This document shows, piece by piece, positions 40,116 through 49,654 of a stretch of 64,000 nt of DNA. Each line of letters opens with the position of its first letter. The first letter of the stretch is position 1. The translations under genes were made by a program, and so were the position numbers. The DNA is taken from positions 1 through 64,000 of the IMG/VR virus record IMGVR_UViG_3300005825_000057. One strand, 5' to 3'. Source of the DNA: a virus. Under the pieces are notes generated by a model, which did no database searches, had not been told where the DNA came from, and was given only the letters and a program-made list of their open reading frames with translations.

Positions 40116-41431
40116 TCCTTTTTGATTACATTTTTTAATTCATTGAGATTTCTGCCTGCTTTGCATGAAACTTTCAACTTTAAGCCGGGACATAACTCGC
40201 TTTCAGAAGAAAGTGCAAAGATCGCCTTTTGGTAAATTTCCTTCCAATTCTCCTTTGACGCATACACCATGTATCCATCGTGAACGTGGTAGGCCAATTT
40301 AGTCATAGGGACCAAGGCATAATAAAGTTGGATTAGTTTTTCTAAGCAAATAATTGAGGCGGGAGATTGAACGCAAAAATTGCGAACTCTGTATTCTTTA
40401 CCCTCGAAATAACGGCGTTTGCCAAATATGTCATCAGCATAGCCTCTTTCTTTGACCTGATCTTGATAAGCCTGTATCCAAGCTAGAGCAGTCGGGAAAA
40501 GTTCATGGATTCGATTAACAATCGCTTCGGCTGTCGCTTCGGCAATTTTAAGTCTATCAGCCAGTGTATGGGCTGACATCCCATATATAATCGGCAAGAA
40601 GAATTTTTTGCATTTATCTCTTGCTTCTTTTAAATTAGTCTGTTCACCAATTATTTTTTCATATAAAGCAAAATATACATCATTTGCTTTACAAAGTTCA
40701 TTTAATAGCGGGTCTTTAGTCAACCACGCCAACATAAAAACTTCCATGCTGTTAAAATCAAAATACATGAAAAAATTCTCATGCAAAGGTTTTAACGCAT
40801 TTTTCTTTTCCACGGTAAGGTTGTGGGGCACATACCCGTGGCTATAAGCCTTGTGACATAACAACCGCCCATTCTCTTGCCCATCAATTTCATAATAAGC
40901 ATAAGCCTTATTTTCAATATCCGAATCGAGAATGCCTACGGTTTCAAGATGTGGTAAAACCTGAGTCATCAAGGGCAGGTGAATATTTTTATATATCTTT
41001 GAAGATTCTTTGTAATTTGGCTCAGCAATAACTTTTTTCATTCGAGCTAGAGCTTCGCCCAAACTTTTTGGTGCTTGATTTTTAATTCCCAGATATGATT
41101 CGATTATTTTCAAATCAATAATTGCAGCATCACAAAAAATTGGCTTTCCGGTTTTCGCCAAAATATAACTTGCGAAATTTTTCCAATTCCAAGTTACAAT
41201 CCTAGCGCCCTTGGCCAAAAGGTTGAATCTCGTGATCTGACAGAAACGATTCAAATCCTCTTCCTCGTTAATTGCAAGCGAATAAGACTTTCCACCAGTT
41301 GCGTGAATATGCAAAAAATTCTCAGACTTTACACTAAAGTCCAAGATTTCTGGATCAAATATAAAAAGACAATTTTGTGTTTCCAAATCTCCAAGAAACT
41401 CGGAAAACTTCAAGTAGTCCATTTGGCGCAA
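40112..41431 (-). CDS. polA: compact family A DNA polymerase
   Basis: NGRL, motif A DFNSME, motif B R..CK.....IYG, FGKRR, RNFCVQS, motif C VHDG. Confidence 0.88.
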   Translation of the reverse strand: MRQMDYLKFSEFLGDLETQNCLFIFDPEILDFSVKSENFLHIHATGGKSYSLAINEEEDLNRFCQITRFNLLAKGARIVTWNWKNFASYILAKTGKPIFCDAAIIDLKIIESYLGIKNQAPKSLGEALARMKKVIAEPNYKESSKIYKNIHLPLMTQVLPHLETVGILDSDIENKAYAYYEIDGQENGRLLCHKAYSHGYVPHNLTVEKKNALKPLHENFFMYFDFNSMEVFMLAWLTKDPLLNELCKANDVYFALYEKIIGEQTNLKEARDKCKKFFLPIIYGMSAHTLADRLKIAEATAEAIVNRIHELFPTALAWIQAYQDQVKERGYADDIFGKRRYFEGKEYRVRNFCVQSPASIICLEKLIQLYYALVPMTKLAYHVHDGYMVYASKENWKEIYQKAIFALSSESELCPGLKLKVSCKAGRNLNELKNVIKKE

Positions 41432-41649
41432 CCATTTTAATCTTCGTGATCTTAGAAAAACCTAAAGTTAAGTATATCTTCGAGAATGTATTTAAGCAAG
41501 TACAATTTGCCAATTTATTCTCTTCTCTACTATACTCTATTCTTCTCTATTATTTATCCATAGGTACTTCTCTATGATATGCGCACACCGAGTCGCCGGT
41601 TAAGTTATACTTATTTAAAAGAATAAATACTATAGAATAGATTTATTTC

Positions 41650-42020
41650 TTTTTGTTTTAGTAGAGGGAGAAAAACTTTCTACTAAAACACAAGCATAAC
41701 ATAACCCTAGTCCATAGATTTCTCTATGGAGAGTCAGTGTACCCAATAAAAAATGCAGCAACCAAACCCAAGACTAGATCGCTTTCTCGTCAAAAAGCGA
41801 ATGGCTTTTTTGTCTAATCTAGGCACACCTACACTGCTGAGCCGGATGATTCTCGTGGATCAATCCTGATACCTGTCAAGGCGCTCGGTTTTTTCACCCA
41901 AATTTCTTCAAAGGGGTACTCGTGAATACTTTTTGAATGGGAAGAAACGGTAACTAGCCGTTTATACCTTTCGGTAATTTAGAGCTTCCATCTCAGTTTA
42001 TTTTTAAGTAGAGTGACGAG
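41650..42020 (-). ncRNA. structured RNA or long 5' leader upstream of polA
   Basis: nested stems and two GAAA tetraloop hairpins on the minus strand, downstream of a TTGAAC-16-TATATT promoter. Confidence 0.5.
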
Positions 42021-42029
42021 GCTAGAGTC

Positions 42030-42057
42030 AATATAGCAAAATATTTGCGTTGTTCAA
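42030..42057 (-). promoter_or_regulatory. sigma70-type promoter
   Basis: TTGAAC, 16-nt spacer ending TGc, TATATT. Confidence 0.55.
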
Positions 42058-42106
42058 CCCCTGAATCATAAATATTTGGATTGATCTTTTCTGCGCATGA
42101 GGTACA

Positions 42107-42835
42107 ATGGCCAAAAATAAGAATCCCAATTTTTCTGAGGACGAAGATATGCCCCTTCTTGATGCAATTGCGTATTATGGCATGGATTCTATGGAATCTG
42201 CTGCCTATAAATTGAGCATTATCTGGGTAGAAAAGAGCAGAAAGTTTTTTCCTGATTACGAGCATGGCCGAATCAAAAAAGGTGATCCTCGAAAATCTTT
42301 GATGTTTAAAGTATGTTACAAATTAGTCCGAGAAACACAAGGGATTTTAAAAGAAGAAGATTATCCCTTGTACGTCCGGGCACAATTGGATATATTGAGA
42401 AATATAAACATGGGCAGTGAGCATCCCCTTATTGACCCAAACTGTCTTGTTGGCGAAAAAGCGTGGAAACGCTGGAAATTGTGGAAGAAAAAATATGATT
42501 GCGTTGTTGAACAAAAAGGCTTCAATATCAAAATTACGATTTCATCCCAAAAAATCGTGGAAGCGCTTGAAAAAACAAAAGAGTTTATTTTCAAAACTCT
42601 CGGTGCCGAACCATCCATCGAACGCTACAAAGAAGCAATCATCAACAAAAATTTGTTCCGATGGATTAACTTTGGGAAAATCTCGCCGTATTATCTCGTT
42701 ATGTCGCCGTACATTAAACAACTTGTGTCTGAAGAAGATTTGAAAAAAATCAATTTCGACCTTGAAGTTTATAAACCCTGTGCTACCAATGAAATATTGG
42801 CCCTTTTCAAAGAAAAGTTCAAATATGAGTTCTGA
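42107..42835 (+). CDS. hypothetical protein
   Basis: GAGG SD; 242 aa; divergent from polA. Confidence 0.7.
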   Translation: MAKNKNPNFSEDEDMPLLDAIAYYGMDSMESAAYKLSIIWVEKSRKFFPDYEHGRIKKGDPRKSLMFKVCYKLVRETQGILKEEDYPLYVRAQLDILRNINMGSEHPLIDPNCLVGEKAWKRWKLWKKKYDCVVEQKGFNIKITISSQKIVEALEKTKEFIFKTLGAEPSIERYKEAIINKNLFRWINFGKISPYYLVMSPYIKQLVSEEDLKKINFDLEVYKPCATNEILALFKEKFKYEF

Positions 42836-42847
42836 AAGAGTGTCAAA

Positions 42848-43195
42848 ATGGCAGTCAAAAACCGATCTGTCGAATGTGATTGTGGAGAATTATTCCACGA
42901 AAACAATAAAGGCGAATTAACTGGCAATTTGATCTACTCGCCTTGGCGACTTAAACACAATAAAGTTCGTCAGACAAAATCTGCAAATCAATGCGATATT
43001 ATGCTTTGTATATTTGAGCGTGCTGTAGGATGCGCCAAATGCAAGCAAGAAATATTTCGTGACAAGAAACAGTATGAGATTACCCCGCCAATAGGCAAAG
43101 AAGATTTGCCCATCACTTCGTATTCATCTAAAGAATACGTTTACTCGGATAAAACAGAATTCGTAGAGCCAACAGAAGATTCTACAAAAGCATAA
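42848..43195 (+). CDS. hypothetical Cys-containing protein
   Basis: CDC and CAKC. Confidence 0.55.
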   Translation: MAVKNRSVECDCGELFHENNKGELTGNLIYSPWRLKHNKVRQTKSANQCDIMLCIFERAVGCAKCKQEIFRDKKQYEITPPIGKEDLPITSYSSKEYVYSDKTEFVEPTEDSTKA

Positions 43196-43202
43196 ATATT
43201 TT

Positions 43203-43982
43203 ATGCTAAAGCTCCCACAAACAAAAATATGGGTCAGAAGAACAGAAGATTGGTCAATTATGACCAATGATAAACTTATCAATCAAATTGAAAGCAAATC
43301 TCTGAATCGTCCATATGCTAATCCAAATAAATATATTCAAAATGTTGTATTGTGGAATAATACAATGAATATTAGTTATTTTGCATATAGACAAGAAATT
43401 AAAGACATAGCATTTAAGAGTTTTTCAGCCACTAAATTAAAAACAATAGTTGGAAATTTTACCTTCATTGATGCAATTAAAAATTCTATAACCCTTCCTA
43501 CTGACGACGATGATTGGTATCATCCAAATATAGCAGATTACACAGAAGAATGTTTTCAAAATCCAAAAATCAAAATGGTATTCTGGCAGGCATGGATTTA
43601 TCATTTGAGTAAAAATTCAACTTATGATAAGAAGAATTTTTTTACATTCACAGAAAGACATGGTAAGTGGATGGCAAGTAATGGATATGCTATAAGAACA
43701 AATGAATTTAGCAAATTACATTGCCACATAAGAAATAGATTAGACGATTATGCTCCCAATGAGGTTATTTATATTGATAAGCCGCTTAGTATTTGGGTGC
43801 AAAATCCAGCATCTATTTGGGAATTGCAAAGTTTCGATCTTGATATTAAATTGACTGAATGGGAGCCTATACCAAAAGAATTGATGTGGGCCGAAGAATA
43901 TATTGAAAAATCTTACCAAAGCACACAACAAATAAAAAAGGCACCTTTCGGTGCCCTTAATCAGCTTATGCAGCCAATTTGA
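43203..43982 (+). CDS. hypothetical protein, possibly glycosyltransferase-like
   Basis: PTDDDDWYHP acidic motif. Confidence 0.45.
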   Translation: MLKLPQTKIWVRRTEDWSIMTNDKLINQIESKSLNRPYANPNKYIQNVVLWNNTMNISYFAYRQEIKDIAFKSFSATKLKTIVGNFTFIDAIKNSITLPTDDDDWYHPNIADYTEECFQNPKIKMVFWQAWIYHLSKNSTYDKKNFFTFTERHGKWMASNGYAIRTNEFSKLHCHIRNRLDDYAPNEVIYIDKPLSIWVQNPASIWELQSFDLDIKLTEWEPIPKELMWAEEYIEKSYQSTQQIKKAPFGALNQLMQPI

Positions 43983-44208
43983 TTCCAAAGAGTTGACCAC
44001 TCTCAATTAGCTTCTTGAGATAGGCCGCTTCCGAACCCATGCGGGTAAATTGATCGCCGTGTTTGCCGGTTACAAATGGTGTTCCACCATGTTTGCCGAC
44101 TGGCAAATAAATTGTTTTTTGTTCGTTGGTGACTTCCAGCTTTTCCGAAGCTGTTTGGAACGCATTACCTGCGTGCAATAGGTCGATTTCAAAAGTTACT
44201 GTGTACAT
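43966..44208 (-). CDS. hypothetical protein
   Basis: AAGGAGG SD; TATATA upstream. Confidence 0.65.
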   Translation of the reverse strand: MYTVTFEIDLLHAGNAFQTASEKLEVTNEQKTIYLPVGKHGGTPFVTGKHGDQFTRMGSEAAYLKKLIESGQLFGIKLAA

Positions 44209-44242
44209 ATTCCCTCCTTAATGGCTTACATTATATATGCAT

Positions 44243-44722
44243 TTAAGATTCAAGTTGTTTTAGGCAAACCAAGACTTCGGTTAAATATTCCTTAACTGCC
44301 TTGTAAGTGCCCGGAGCCGTCTGTTCTGAATTCCCTGCTATATTAAGTGTTTCTATATTGTTTTCTATTACCCATTTTGCCACTTCTTTTGGTGTAATGG
44401 GTGTAGCTAAATTTACATCAATATGTGGTTTGTCATACTTGACAATTGCTTTTAAAGTGCATTTTTCACCAGCCGACCCAAAATTAAATGCTAAACGAAT
44501 TGTGCCGTCAGCATCTTGCACATTTTTGTGGGTTCGGGGGACATAGCTTTCAGACGCATGTTCTTCGATTCCAAAAAGTTTGGCATAATCTGGTTTTGGT
44601 CCTTCAAGGGTTTTGAATCCTTTTGGCATACTTCCACCTGTAGCCAAACCAGATTTCTTTGCTACGACCAACCCAGCTATATCGGCACCAGTTTGACCGC
44701 CAGAAATCATTTTTTTGAGCAT
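44243..44722 (-). CDS. putative molybdenum-carrier/SLOG-family protein
   Basis: ISGGQTGADIAGL, RTHKNVQDADGT, LNIAGN. Confidence 0.85.
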   Translation of the reverse strand: MLKKMISGGQTGADIAGLVVAKKSGLATGGSMPKGFKTLEGPKPDYAKLFGIEEHASESYVPRTHKNVQDADGTIRLAFNFGSAGEKCTLKAIVKYDKPHIDVNLATPITPKEVAKWVIENNIETLNIAGNSEQTAPGTYKAVKEYLTEVLVCLKQLES

Positions 44723-44723
44723 G

Positions 44724-45278
44724 TTATCTTCCAAAAAGCCATGACAAGAATCCTTGGCTCTTACCCCAACGACCCATCACCCAATTGATAAAATCTTCTG
44801 GGTCTTTATATCCTGACCCATCACGCAATGTGTTTTCGTCTTTGTCAATCAAAACATAAGCTGGAATGCCACGAACAGAATACTTGCGAGCAATGTCTTT
44901 TCTGTTGTCTGTATCCACATAAATTTCAATGATACCTGCTTCGGCAACAGTTTTGATTACTTTATCGTTGCTCAAGGTCTGGCTTTTTAGTTTTGTACAC
45001 CAGCCACACCACTTGGCACCAAACACAACAAGAACCTTTTTATCAGTTCTTTTGGCTTCTGCCAAGGCTTGTTCATAACTTGTGATTTGAATGGGTATAT
45101 TCTCAATCGGCGGCTGTACAATTGGAGGTTGAACAGGATTGGGATTGTTGTTTTGTACATTTTCCCAAATGTTATTCTGTGGCCCAGAATGATTGAAACT
45201 TTCTTTGCTAAAGTAAATTGCGGCGACCAGTAACAATAAACCGGCAATGACAAAATTTAGGATATTCTTCTTAAACAT
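44724..45278 (-). CDS. membrane-anchored thioredoxin-family protein
   Basis: N-terminal TM; AKWCGWC; RGIP. Confidence 0.88.
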   Translation of the reverse strand: MFKKNILNFVIAGLLLLVAAIYFSKESFNHSGPQNNIWENVQNNNPNPVQPPIVQPPIENIPIQITSYEQALAEAKRTDKKVLVVFGAKWCGWCTKLKSQTLSNDKVIKTVAEAGIIEIYVDTDNRKDIARKYSVRGIPAYVLIDKDENTLRDGSGYKDPEDFINWVMGRWGKSQGFLSWLFGR

Positions 45279-46161
45279 GGTTTAGTAACTCCATTAGTAT
45301 CGCTATTCGTATATATAGACCGTTTCTAATTTGTTTGTCCTTAAAGACAGCACGGCTATCCTCATCCACATCCGTATCTATTTCACTTCGCCTCGGAAGA
45401 GGATGCAAAATTCTTGCGTTATTACTCAATTTTTTAACCAAGTTTTTTGTTAAAATGGGGTATTTGATTTCTCCGACATCCCCAAATCTTTCATCTTGAA
45501 TTCTGGTCATGTAAATAACGTCTACATCTAATCTATCTTCAATATTTTCTATATAATTTCCAAATTCTTCTTGATATTTGAAGTCATAATTTTCACATTT
45601 GGCAGGGCAGAAAACAATTTCGTTGTTTTCGTAAAGTTCAAGAAGTTGAACAAGGGAACGAATAGTGCGGCTATTTTTTAGGTCGCCACAAAAAAGAACT
45701 TTGAGATTATCTGTTCTGCCAAATTCTTTGTGAATAGTTAACATATCCAACATCGCTTGGGTTGGATGTTCATCGCTGCCATTCCCAGCATTTATGATTG
45801 GAACGGTAGCGGCATTTACTTCGTGAATCCAATTTTGATCTGGATGTCTAAAGACTATCACATCTGAATATTGAGATAGAGTATAAAAAGTGTCACGGAT
45901 AGTTTCGCCTTTTCTTAAAGAAGAAGAGGCTGATGCGTCAGCAGCAGTGATGACTTTGCCGCCGAGCCATAACATGGCTGATTCAAAAGAAAGCCTCGTT
46001 CTTGTAGATGCTTCTCCAAAGAACGAGGCCATAGTTTTATTTGAAAAGAATTTAGGGTATCTCCAAGGATGGTAAAATATCTTTTCTACTTCCTTGGCCG
46101 TCTCGATCAGATTATCAATCTTCTCACGGTCCAGTTGCTTCACCGACAAGAAGTTTTTCAT
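45271..46161 (-). CDS. pyrB: aspartate carbamoyltransferase catalytic subunit
   Basis: STRTRLSFE, KGET, INAG, HPTQAMLD, YMTRIQDER, HPLPR. Confidence 0.93.
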   Translation of the reverse strand: MKNFLSVKQLDREKIDNLIETAKEVEKIFYHPWRYPKFFSNKTMASFFGEASTRTRLSFESAMLWLGGKVITAADASASSSLRKGETIRDTFYTLSQYSDVIVFRHPDQNWIHEVNAATVPIINAGNGSDEHPTQAMLDMLTIHKEFGRTDNLKVLFCGDLKNSRTIRSLVQLLELYENNEIVFCPAKCENYDFKYQEEFGNYIENIEDRLDVDVIYMTRIQDERFGDVGEIKYPILTKNLVKKLSNNARILHPLPRRSEIDTDVDEDSRAVFKDKQIRNGLYIRIAILMELLNHV

Positions 46162-46211
46162 TTCATGGGTTCTCCAAGATGAGTCCAAAACTGTTTATTT
46201 ATAACATTTTT

Positions 46212-47030
46212 TTAGTACGTCATCAAGATAATTTTTATGCACTCAACAATTTTTTTGATGTCTTGAGTTGGTGCGAACCATTCTTCAAAATCAGATGGTT
46301 GAATTGTCCATGTGTGTTGTCTCATTTTGGAGTCGATGTTATAACCCCAACATTTCATAAGTCCCTTATTTTTATCCCAAAATAAATCAATGTTAAATTG
46401 TTCAGCACGACTTGCGGTAGGAGCTTCAACTCCATGTCCTCGAAATTCATAAATGATTTTAAAATATCCTTCATCCATTTTCTTCATGCCAATAGGAAAC
46501 ATGCAATAGGCCGGATAATGTCTTTTGACTTCGTTGAAAAGTTTATAAGCCAAAGTGTCAAACTCTGGATATTCCATTTTGGGTGAATCATATTCATTTT
46601 TGTTTATTTCTATCAAACAATCATAAATTTCATGAGCCAAAGGGATTTCGTTTTTATTGTGTTCATTTTCACTAAAATCAACAACATCTTTGCAAATCCA
46701 TGTGGCTTCGCCTTGCAAATCTCTCGTCTTTCTACGAATGATCGTTTTATACGAACCAAGTGGACTGATATAAACTTGCAAAGCCCCAACATCATACCCC
46801 CATTCAAGTATGTTTGACATTTTGGCACGAGGCGAGAAATAACCCAATGCTGGCAATCTAATCAATTCATTCATAATCATTTCGGAATCCACTGGATCAA
46901 TTGGGTTTGCTCCTTCTGCTGGTACAGTACCACCCAAGCTGTCCGACTTCATATCGGCCAGTTTTTTCTCAAATCCAAAATCAGCCCACTCCTTGAGAGT
47001 TTGCCATCGTTTAAAACTTAATTTATTCAT
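46212..47030 (-). CDS. hypothetical protein with capsid-targeting-like N-terminus
   Basis: MNKLSFKRWQTLKE; TATATA upstream. Confidence 0.65.
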   Translation of the reverse strand: MNKLSFKRWQTLKEWADFGFEKKLADMKSDSLGGTVPAEGANPIDPVDSEMIMNELIRLPALGYFSPRAKMSNILEWGYDVGALQVYISPLGSYKTIIRRKTRDLQGEATWICKDVVDFSENEHNKNEIPLAHEIYDCLIEINKNEYDSPKMEYPEFDTLAYKLFNEVKRHYPAYCMFPIGMKKMDEGYFKIIYEFRGHGVEAPTASRAEQFNIDLFWDKNKGLMKCWGYNIDSKMRQHTWTIQPSDFEEWFAPTQDIKKIVECIKIILMTY

Positions 47031-47073
47031 GTTAACCTATATATCAGCAGAACCTACTTGTTTATGAGGACAT

Positions 47074-47205
47074 ATGAAAAACGAAGGAATTATAGCAATG
47101 ATTATTGGCATAATTATTGGGTTTGCAGCCGGTTATTACGTTGGTCATGAGCGAGCAATTCAAGATAATAATACTTTTAGATTTGAACTAAGGTCTGACA
47201 GATAA
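47074..47205 (+). CDS. small membrane protein
   Basis: GAGGA SD; 43 aa with one hydrophobic helix; below the ORF-track cutoff. Confidence 0.55.
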   Translation: MKNEGIIAMIIGIIIGFAAGYYVGHERAIQDNNTFRFELRSDR

Positions 47206-47486
47206 TGCAATTCCGCACATGGTTATTTGAGAACGAACAAAAAAACTTTGACTTTTACAAAGATGTCATGTTAAATTATCTAGGCTTGGACCCGACTAAA
47301 GGTCTATCTCAAAGCCTTGATACTTTTAATAAAGACAATTTGAAACAAAAGTTACAAGGTTTGGGGGAGTTTTCTGCATTGCCTGACCATGTGCAGGCCG
47401 ATATTCTGTCGAGGCTTGATAGCTCTCAGAGTGGTACAATGGGCGACATTATTAGATTGATGGCATCCAGAAGAGGAAATGTATGA
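47205..47486 (+). CDS. small protein with capsid-targeting-like N-terminus
   Basis: MQFRTWLFENE. Confidence 0.6.
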   Translation: MQFRTWLFENEQKNFDFYKDVMLNYLGLDPTKGLSQSLDTFNKDNLKQKLQGLGEFSALPDHVQADILSRLDSSQSGTMGDIIRLMASRRGNV

Positions 47487-48286
47487 AGTTCTTGATGTGC
47501 GATCCTAAGTTTTATGACATCCAATATGAAATCAATCCTTGGATGAAAATAGAAAATAAGCCATCAAATCATTTAGCCGTCGAACAATGGACAAAATTAG
47601 TAGAATTACTTAGAAAATTAGGTGCGACTGTAGAAATTATGGTCGGCAAAGCCAGCGTCCCAGATATTGTTTTTACTGCTAATGCGGCATTGATGGTTGG
47701 CGAAACAGCATATTTATCTAATTTTTCACATCCAGAAAGACGTGCTGAAACTCAACTTTATAAAGTTTGGTTTGAACAAAATTACTACCAAATAGTCGAA
47801 GTAAAAGATTTTTTTGAAGGGGCGGGAGACGCCCTTTTTGATTATAATAGACGATTATTTTGTGGTCACGGATTCAGATCGTCAGATGGAGCATTACTTA
47901 GAGATAACAACTTTCTTTCCCAAATTGGCGGTGTTCCTGTTCATTATTTGAAACTTGTTAATTCTTACTTCTATCATCTCGATACTTGTTTTTGCCCTCT
48001 GAAAGATGGATTTGCTTTGGCTTTTCCTCCTGCTTTTGATACAGAATCATATGAAATAATTCAATACCACATGGATGTCATTGAAGTTTGCGAAGAAGAC
48101 GCCAAGAAATTCGCTTGCAATGCTGTCTGTATGGGAAATCAAGTGGTCATTCCGAGTGGTTGTGATTCAACTTATAGACAGCTTGAAAGTGCAGGCTTTG
48201 AAGTGTATCATACGGATGTATCAGAATTTATCAAAGCAGGCGGTGCCTGTAAATGTCTTACTTTACGATTGGATGATTTTGCATGA
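47483..48286 (+). CDS. amidinotransferase/dimethylarginine dimethylaminohydrolase-family enzyme
   Basis: YEINPWM, PDIVFTAN, FEGAGD, FYHLDTCF, EFIKAGGACKCLT. Confidence 0.9.
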   Translation: MKFLMCDPKFYDIQYEINPWMKIENKPSNHLAVEQWTKLVELLRKLGATVEIMVGKASVPDIVFTANAALMVGETAYLSNFSHPERRAETQLYKVWFEQNYYQIVEVKDFFEGAGDALFDYNRRLFCGHGFRSSDGALLRDNNFLSQIGGVPVHYLKLVNSYFYHLDTCFCPLKDGFALAFPPAFDTESYEIIQYHMDVIEVCEEDAKKFACNAVCMGNQVVIPSGCDSTYRQLESAGFEVYHTDVSEFIKAGGACKCLTLRLDDFA

Positions 48287-48858
48287 CAGAGCGTATTCTT
48301 GTTCGACATGGACAAAGTGAACACAATATTGGACTCACCAGAAATTTGGATAGTAATCTTACGCCATTCGGTATCGAGCAAGCTACAAAAACTGGACTTT
48401 ATCTGCGAGACAACTTTTCAGATATAAAGGAATTTGTCGGTATAACTTCTCCATATCATCGTTGCTTGCAAACTTCAAATATTATCCACTCTTTGACTGG
48501 CATTTCTTTTCAAGTTAAGCCCGGCCCTAGAGAAATAATGATGAGTTACGACGAATGTAAAGTTGTTAATCGAAAAGATAAATTCAATCATTTTCATTGG
48601 CACCATGAAGAAGATTTTCATTTTATTCAGGAAGATGAAGGCGAATTTGTTTTCCGAATGCGTGAATATATTCACAGTGAAGATCATCCAAAATTATTGA
48701 TTGTTTCGCATGGATCGCCCATTAAAGCGATGTTTGATGCTCTGTTGGGTTCAGAAGTTTTGCCAAATTTACATGACTATCCAGATAATTGCAGCGTTAA
48801 TTATGTTAGAAATAAAGAGCCTGTTTGCTTCAATCTCAAGCCTTGGGATGCATCGTAA
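48283..48858 (+). CDS. histidine phosphatase family protein
   Basis: LVRHGQS, SPY.RC.QT, IVSHG. Confidence 0.9.
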   Translation: MTERILVRHGQSEHNIGLTRNLDSNLTPFGIEQATKTGLYLRDNFSDIKEFVGITSPYHRCLQTSNIIHSLTGISFQVKPGPREIMMSYDECKVVNRKDKFNHFHWHHEEDFHFIQEDEGEFVFRMREYIHSEDHPKLLIVSHGSPIKAMFDALLGSEVLPNLHDYPDNCSVNYVRNKEPVCFNLKPWDAS

Positions 48859-48864
48859 TCTTGC

Positions 48865-48893
48865 TTTACAACCATTCTTTTCTGTGGTAAGAT
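48865..48893 (+). promoter_or_regulatory. sigma70-type promoter, probably giving a leaderless mRNA
   Basis: TTTACA-17-TAAGAT with extended TG; ATG 7 nt downstream and no SD. Confidence 0.65.
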
Positions 48894-48900
48894 ATACCAC

Positions 48901-49614
48901 ATGAAACCTTTTACGTCCCAAAAACGAATTATTCCTGAATTTCCGAGGACTCGCCATCTTCCGTGGAAGCCGAATACGGTACGGGGTGATTTAGTCGTTT
49001 CCGAGGATGACGCCAAGGTAATTTTTGAAAATCCTTTTACCTACGTTCAAGAAAAGGTTGACGGGGCGAATTCTGGCATGGCCCTTGTGAATGATGAACC
49101 GATTGTCCGCAATCGGGAACACATTCTCCGCAAAGGCTTTATGAAGGATACCCCGGCCAAGAAACAATTCGCTTCAATCTGGGGCTGGTTTTACGACCAC
49201 AAAGAGAATTTTCAAAAACTCAATGATCTTCTCGGCCCGGTTTCCGTTTATGGCGAGTGGATGGTGCAAATTCATGGTATGGTTTATGAAAATTTGCCCG
49301 ATTGGTTCCTCGCCTACGACGTTTATGATTATGAAGTTGAGAAATTCCATGATCCCAAAGTTTCTATGGAAGCCTTGGTAGAATGTGGCTTTTCTGTCGT
49401 GCCTACTCTTAAATCCGGGCCTACTTCCTACGAAGAATTAGAGAAGTTTGCTAACGAACCTTCGGCTTTTGCTCCCACTCCAAGAGAAGGGGTTTATGTA
49501 AAAACCTCAGACGGACAATGGCAGACTGATCGCTTCAAGATGGTTCGCCAAGGCTTTGTTCAAGGTGGACTTTTTGATAATAAGGTACTTCGCAAAAATC
49601 GTTTGGCGAAGTGA
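48901..49614 (+). CDS. ATP-dependent RNA ligase family protein
   Basis: EKVDGAN (KxDG), YGEW, FLAYDV, EGVY, FKMV. Confidence 0.85.
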   Translation: MKPFTSQKRIIPEFPRTRHLPWKPNTVRGDLVVSEDDAKVIFENPFTYVQEKVDGANSGMALVNDEPIVRNREHILRKGFMKDTPAKKQFASIWGWFYDHKENFQKLNDLLGPVSVYGEWMVQIHGMVYENLPDWFLAYDVYDYEVEKFHDPKVSMEALVECGFSVVPTLKSGPTSYEELEKFANEPSAFAPTPREGVYVKTSDGQWQTDRFKMVRQGFVQGGLFDNKVLRKNRLAK

Positions 49615-49654
49615 TACTTGAATTCGACGTACCGTATTGTCATTGGAGGAAAAT

